Below are positions 59,808-64,000 of a stretch of DNA of 64,000 bases, piece after piece. Numbering within the stretch: position 1 is the stretch's first letter; every line of letters begins with the position of its first letter. The DNA comes from Pseudomonadota bacterium (lineage in GTDB: Bacteria > Pseudomonadota > Alphaproteobacteria > Micavibrionales > UBA2020): contig JAJZTA010000006.1 of the NCBI GenBank assembly GCA_021849295.1, forward strand, positions 18,173-82,172. Direction: 5' to 3'. A program made the translations under genes and the position numbers. The notes under the pieces were generated by a model. That model made no database searches. It saw nothing but the letters and a program-made list of their open reading frames with translations, and had not been told where the DNA came from.

Positions 59808-60539
59808 TCATCTCCGCACCAGACGGACGGACAGGCGGCCGGTCACGGCGTCGTAGCCCTGCGACCCGTCGCGGAAGGACTGGCACTGTTTGCCCGCGCC
59901 GATAGAAGACGTGGACGACCAGTACCACGGCGCCAGATTATCGTTGAACCCGCCGAGAGCCGCGCGGTTGTTGAAGATGGCGTTCAGTTCCGCCTGGGAG
60001 GGAATGCGGTATTCCTTGCCGGTCTCTTTGGATTTTTCGGCGGCGCGCGCTGCGGCGGCGTTGAAAGAAAGCGTCGCCGGTTCATCGGCGGGCGCGACGA
60101 ACATCGGCTTGCCCGTGTCCGGCGACATGCCCGTGAACTTGGTGCCGTCTTCCATCATCTGCCCGACCCTGAGCGGCTTCTCCGCCGTCTTGGCCTTTTC
60201 CTTGGCGGGCGCGTCCCAGTTTGCATCGTTCGCGGCGGCCTGTTTGTGGACGACGGTGACGGCGGCGGCGGTCACGACGAGGTGACCGTCCGCGGCGCGC
60301 TCGATGCAGACGCCGTTCAGCACGAACTTGTTGAAATCGCTTGATATGTTGATATTCGTGCCATGGGCGGCATCGTCGTCGGGCGTGGCGCCTCTGGCTT
60401 CGACGCCGGCGTCGGTATAGGCCGTGACCTTTTTGCCGTCGGCACTGACTTCGACCCTGGCATCGTCCAGCAGCAGGGTGCTGCTCTCCTCGTCGACGAT
60501 CACCCGAACGCCTGCCTTTTTCTGTGCCGCTGCTGTCAT
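59808..60539 (-). CDS. Hypothetical protein with C-terminal DUF1566/Lcl-like domain
   Basis: YRIPSQAELNAIF...WYWSST...SVRLVR. Confidence 0.65.
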   Translation of the reverse strand: MTAAAQKKAGVRVIVDEESSTLLLDDARVEVSADGKKVTAYTDAGVEARGATPDDDAAHGTNINISSDFNKFVLNGVCIERAADGHLVVTAAAVTVVHKQAAANDANWDAPAKEKAKTAEKPLRVGQMMEDGTKFTGMSPDTGKPMFVAPADEPATLSFNAAAARAAEKSKETGKEYRIPSQAELNAIFNNRAALGGFNDNLAPWYWSSTSSIGAGKQCQSFRDGSQGYDAVTGRLSVRLVRR

Positions 60540-60666
60540 GTGCCATTTTCTCTTTTAAAAATCTTTAAACCATAATATCCCGTCATAAGTCGTTATATAA
60601 TTCGCCATAAGATTTCCAGAAGAAAATAAAATCATTTAAAAACAATGTGTTATTTTTCAAGTGCGC

Positions 60667-61167
60667 CTAGCGTTTTGCGCGTTCGCCGAGCGCGACGGCG
60701 AGTTTTTTGGCCGTCAGCCCCTCGCCCGTGAAAACCGCCCCGACCGTGCCGTCCGGTCTGATGACGACCGTTTCCGGCAGCATGTCCGGCGCGTCGAAGC
60801 CGTTTTGCGTCGCATCGGTATAGAAGGCGGCGGGATAGGACAGCTGCTTTGCCACCATGCGCGCCTTGGCCTTCTCATCGCCGCCGTCGACGCTGAGACC
60901 GAGCATGGCGAAGTTTTTGCCGCGGTGCGCGCTATAGAAACGGCTCAGCATCGGCATCTCCTCGCGGCACGGCCCGCACCATTCCGCCCAGAAATCGACG
61001 ATCACCCATTTGCCGCGCAGCGCCTTGAGGTGGAAAACATGGCCGTCGAAATCCTTCACGACCAGCGCGGGCGCGGGTTTGCCAACCGTCAGGTCCGCGC
61101 GCGCCGTTGCGGCGCCGGCGATGCACGCCAGCGCCGCAAGCGACAGGACTGTTGTCTTAAAACGCAT
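60667..61167 (-). CDS. TlpA-family thiol:disulfide oxidoreductase
   Basis: Signal peptide, DFWAEWCGPCREEMP. Confidence 0.9.
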   Translation of the reverse strand: MRFKTTVLSLAALACIAGAATARADLTVGKPAPALVVKDFDGHVFHLKALRGKWVIVDFWAEWCGPCREEMPMLSRFYSAHRGKNFAMLGLSVDGGDEKAKARMVAKQLSYPAAFYTDATQNGFDAPDMLPETVVIRPDGTVGAVFTGEGLTAKKLAVALGERAKR

Positions 61168-62089
61168 GGCTCAAGACTACCTGAAAGAGGACCGGCGCGA
61201 CAAGCTGGTTGCCGCGCACGTTCTGGTAGACGGGGAGCCCCACGTCGGCATCCAGCGTTTCCGCGCCATAACCGAATTCCAGCCCCGGCGTGACCAGCAG
61301 CCGCTCGTAGCCGGTATTGGCGGGATCGGCGGCGGCGCCGCTGTCGTGCAGACGGTAGGAGTTGACCAGCTGCAAAAACGGCGCGATCTTCACGCCATGG
61401 CCGAGGCTGAAAGGATCGTGCGACACGCCCGTCGAGGCGTCGAACTCCGCACCCGGGCGATAGCCGCCGACGGTCAGCACCGGAACGTCGAGCTTGCCGT
61501 CGACCGACCACATATAATGGGGATGGGCTGCGAAACGGTCGCGGTGAAAAACGCCGAGCAGCGCGTCGGTGCTGCCGGTGCCGATCTGCGTGTCGCGATC
61601 CATGCCGGAGAGCGTGTGGCTGCCGGTCGGAAGCTTCACGCCGAAGGTCAGGCCCGTCGACATGTCGGCTGAAAAGCCGGTGTACATGCCCATGAGGCGG
61701 ATGTCGCCGGGCGCGGCGTGATTGTAAGCCTCGACGTCGCCGCCGCCGACGTCGGTGTCGAACGACCGGCTCCAGTAGGGTACTTCAACATTAAAACCCC
61801 AAGTGCGGTTGACCATATATTGCAGCCGCGCGCTGTAAAAATCCGAGCGGATGCGCTTGTCGCTGTTGTTGGCGGACGGAGCGCGGCTGCTGCCGCGCCA
61901 GTTCTGGTCCTGGTTCATATAGTCCCATTCGAGCGACAGGGTGCCGCCGCTGCCCTTGGGGAACATCTGCGGCGTGCTGACGCTGAAGACGCCGCAGCCG
62001 CAGGCGCAGGCTTTTGCACTGTGCGGATTCCACACCGCAAAAAGCGCGGTCACCGCGGCTGCCGCCACGGCTTTCTTATAAGAGAGCAT
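61157..62089 (-). CDS. Exported protein with N-terminal CxCxC, probable outer-membrane beta-barrel
   Basis: Signal peptide then CACGCG; GVKLPTG, QIGTGSTD; C-terminal Phe. Confidence 0.65.
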   Translation of the reverse strand: MLSYKKAVAAAAVTALFAVWNPHSAKACACGCGVFSVSTPQMFPKGSGGTLSLEWDYMNQDQNWRGSSRAPSANNSDKRIRSDFYSARLQYMVNRTWGFNVEVPYWSRSFDTDVGGGDVEAYNHAAPGDIRLMGMYTGFSADMSTGLTFGVKLPTGSHTLSGMDRDTQIGTGSTDALLGVFHRDRFAAHPHYMWSVDGKLDVPVLTVGGYRPGAEFDASTGVSHDPFSLGHGVKIAPFLQLVNSYRLHDSGAAADPANTGYERLLVTPGLEFGYGAETLDADVGLPVYQNVRGNQLVAPVLFQVVLSHAF

Positions 62090-62134
62090 GATTATCTTTC
62101 CTTACGTATAAGTTGAGTCCGGTATTTTCAGGCT

Positions 62135-62497
62135 TTACGCAGGAAAGACGGGCGGGCCGCAGGCGTCATAGGCGGCAAGGCATCTTTGCAAAGCAAACCG
62201 CCCGGGCGCGGAAAAACGCCGCGCGCCGAAAAGGCGCGGCAGCAGCAGAAAGACCGCCGCCACCGCCATGGCGGAAAGGATGAACTTGGCGAAAAAGCAG
62301 ACGGCGCAATTGTCGTCATCGTCCTTTTGCTGCGCATGCAGGGCGGGCGCTTTCGTCTGCGCGGCCTGCACCGCGGCGCGGGCGGGATGCGCGTCGCCGT
62401 CGAAGTGCAGCGCCATATGCTGCGCCATCAAAAGCTGCGCGGCCAGAAAAGACGCCGCCAGCAGGCCGCAGACGATTTTCCGCGCCGCCGAAATCAT
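62135..62497 (-). CDS. DUF2946-like small membrane protein
   Basis: TM segment, His residues, CAVC, C-terminal GPP; ATGA overlap with the RND stop. Confidence 0.55.
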   Translation of the reverse strand: MISAARKIVCGLLAASFLAAQLLMAQHMALHFDGDAHPARAAVQAAQTKAPALHAQQKDDDDNCAVCFFAKFILSAMAVAAVFLLLPRLFGARRFSAPGRFALQRCLAAYDACGPPVFPA

Positions 62498-64000
62498 GCC
62501 TGCTCCGCCTCGGCGGGCGCGGGCAGGAGAATCTCCTCTTCCTCGTTATGCGCCTTGCTGTAATCCTTCGCCAGCAGCATATAGGCGGCGGGCACGACGA
62601 ACAGCGTGAAAAGCGTGCCGATACTCAAACCCGCCGCGATGACGAGGCCCATGTTGTAGCGCGAGAGCGCGCCCGCGCCGGTCGCCATGATCAGCGGCAC
62701 AACGCCCAGCACCATCGCCGCCGTGGTCATCAGGATGGGGCGCAGGCGGATGCCCGCCGCCAGCTCCACCGCCTCGCGCTTGGACTTCTTTTCCTCGCGC
62801 TGCAAGACGTTGGCGAACTGCACGATGAGGATGCCGTGCTTGCTGATCAGCCCCATCAGCGTGACAAGGCCGACCTGCGTGTAAATATTGATACTCGCGC
62901 CGCGCAGCCCCAGGAAGATGAAGATCAGCGCGCCCGCGATCGACATCGGCACCGAGACGAGAATGATGAAAGGATCGCTGAAGCTCTCGAACTGCGCCGC
63001 CAGCGTGAGGAAGATGATGATCAGCGCGAAGCCGAACGTCACGGCGAAGCCACTCTCCTCCTGAACATACTGGCGCGACTGCCCCGCGTAGCCGATCGAA
63101 TAGCCCGCAGGCAGCATCTTGTGCGCGATACCGTTCAGGGCATTGAGCGCCGCGCCCATCGGCACGCCCGGAAAGGCCATGCCCTCGATCGTCGCCGAAT
63201 TGAGCTGCTGGAAGTGGTTGAGCGATTCCGGCACCGTCTCGTACTTGATATGCACCAGCGTGGAAAGCGGCACCGACGTGCCGTCTCCCGTCCTGATGTA
63301 ATAGTTTTCAAGCTGGCTGACGTTGAGGCGGTAGCGCTGCTCCACCTGAGGGATGACCTTGTAGGAGCGGTCGTCGAGGCTGAAATAATTCACGTAGCCG
63401 CCGCCGAGCATCGCCGACATCGCCTGCCCGACGTCGCCCATCGTCAGGCCCATCTGCGCCGCCTTGTTGCGGTCGATGACCAGCGTCGCCTGCGGCTGGT
63501 CGATGCGGAGATCCGACTGCAAGAACATGAACATATGGCTCTGCTCCGCCGCCTTGAGGAAATTGTCGGCGACGGTGTTGAGACGGGAGAACGGGTCGGT
63601 GGTCTGGATGACGAACTGGACCGGCAACCCGCGGCTGCCCGGCAGCGACGGCGGCTGGAACACGGCGGTCTTCGCGCCGGCGATGTCGCCCACTTCCTGC
63701 TGGATGATGGGCTGCAGGTCGTTGGAGGTGCGCTTGCGCTCGTCCCACGGCTTCAGCACCATGCCGGAAATGTCGCGCCCCGGCACATCGAGCTGGAAGA
63801 CGTGCGCCGTCTCGGGGAAAGCCGCGAAATCCTTGTAGACCTGATGCGCGAACATCTGGCGCTGCTGCAGCGTCGAATCCGGCGCGGCGGTCGACATGGA
63901 GATCACCACGCCCTGATCTTCCTGCGGCGCCAGCTCGTGCTTCGAGCCGGTGTAGAGGAAGAAGATGGCGGTAAAGATGCAGAGCGCGAACACTACGGCG
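62494..64000 (-). CDS. RND efflux permease (AcrB family, MexW/MexI-like), 5' end outside the window
   Basis: APQEDQG, LAAQFES, GLISKHGILIV, RLRPILMT, GTLFTLFVVP. Confidence 0.92.
   Translation of the reverse strand, partial: AVVFALCIFTAIFFLYTGSKHELAPQEDQGVVISMSTAAPDSTLQQRQMFAHQVYKDFAAFPETAHVFQLDVPGRDISGMVLKPWDERKRTSNDLQPIIQQEVGDIAGAKTAVFQPPSLPGSRGLPVQFVIQTTDPFSRLNTVADNFLKAAEQSHMFMFLQSDLRIDQPQATLVIDRNKAAQMGLTMGDVGQAMSAMLGGGYVNYFSLDDRSYKVIPQVEQRYRLNVSQLENYYIRTGDGTSVPLSTLVHIKYETVPESLNHFQQLNSATIEGMAFPGVPMGAALNALNGIAHKMLPAGYSIGYAGQSRQYVQEESGFAVTFGFALIIIFLTLAAQFESFSDPFIILVSVPMSIAGALIFIFLGLRGASINIYTQVGLVTLMGLISKHGILIVQFANVLQREEKKSKREAVELAAGIRLRPILMTTAAMVLGVVPLIMATGAGALSRYNMGLVIAAGLSIGTLFTLFVVPAAYMLLAKDYSKAHNEEEEILLPAPAEAEQA

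Noticed and set aside
60555..60568. CtrA-like TTAA pairs (also near 34000)
   Set aside because: Spacing is not the required N7

Overview
GC-rich alphaproteobacterial chromosome segment. The alpha assignment rests on an alpha-type LexA box, an ffh leader hairpin and the gene set; a Micavibrio-like lineage is only a guess. The backbone is mostly housekeeping: phaZ (partial), maeB, mgtE, typA, a polyamine cluster (fold-III decarboxylase, deoxyhypusine-synthase-like, ureohydrolase), yegD-type Hsp70, an EpmA-ankyrin fusion, ffh-rpsP-rimM-trmD-rplS interrupted by orphan genes, leuCDB, nfeD-stomatin, pal-cpoB, uvrD, surA-rsmA, gmk, rpsA, rfbBA-aroA and an RND pump (partial). There are two mobile loci. 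(1) A frameshifted REP-associated tyrosine transposase next to a 39-bp inverted-repeat cassette enclosing an IS3 fragment, plus REP/REPIN repeats. (2) An ~11-kb integrative element in tRNA-Asn (48284-59299) with a P4-type integrase, excisionase-like HTH, primase-helicase, SOS-boxed Y-family polymerase and AbiE-type TA pair. The most notable signal is a c4-like cloverleaf RNA in this element (54394-54475) whose antisense segment is complementary both to its own leader and to the RBS region of a 47-aa hydrophobic peptide encoded after a lipoprotein. No CRISPR array, rRNA or reverse transcriptase was seen. All family calls come from motif recognition by eye, not database searches.
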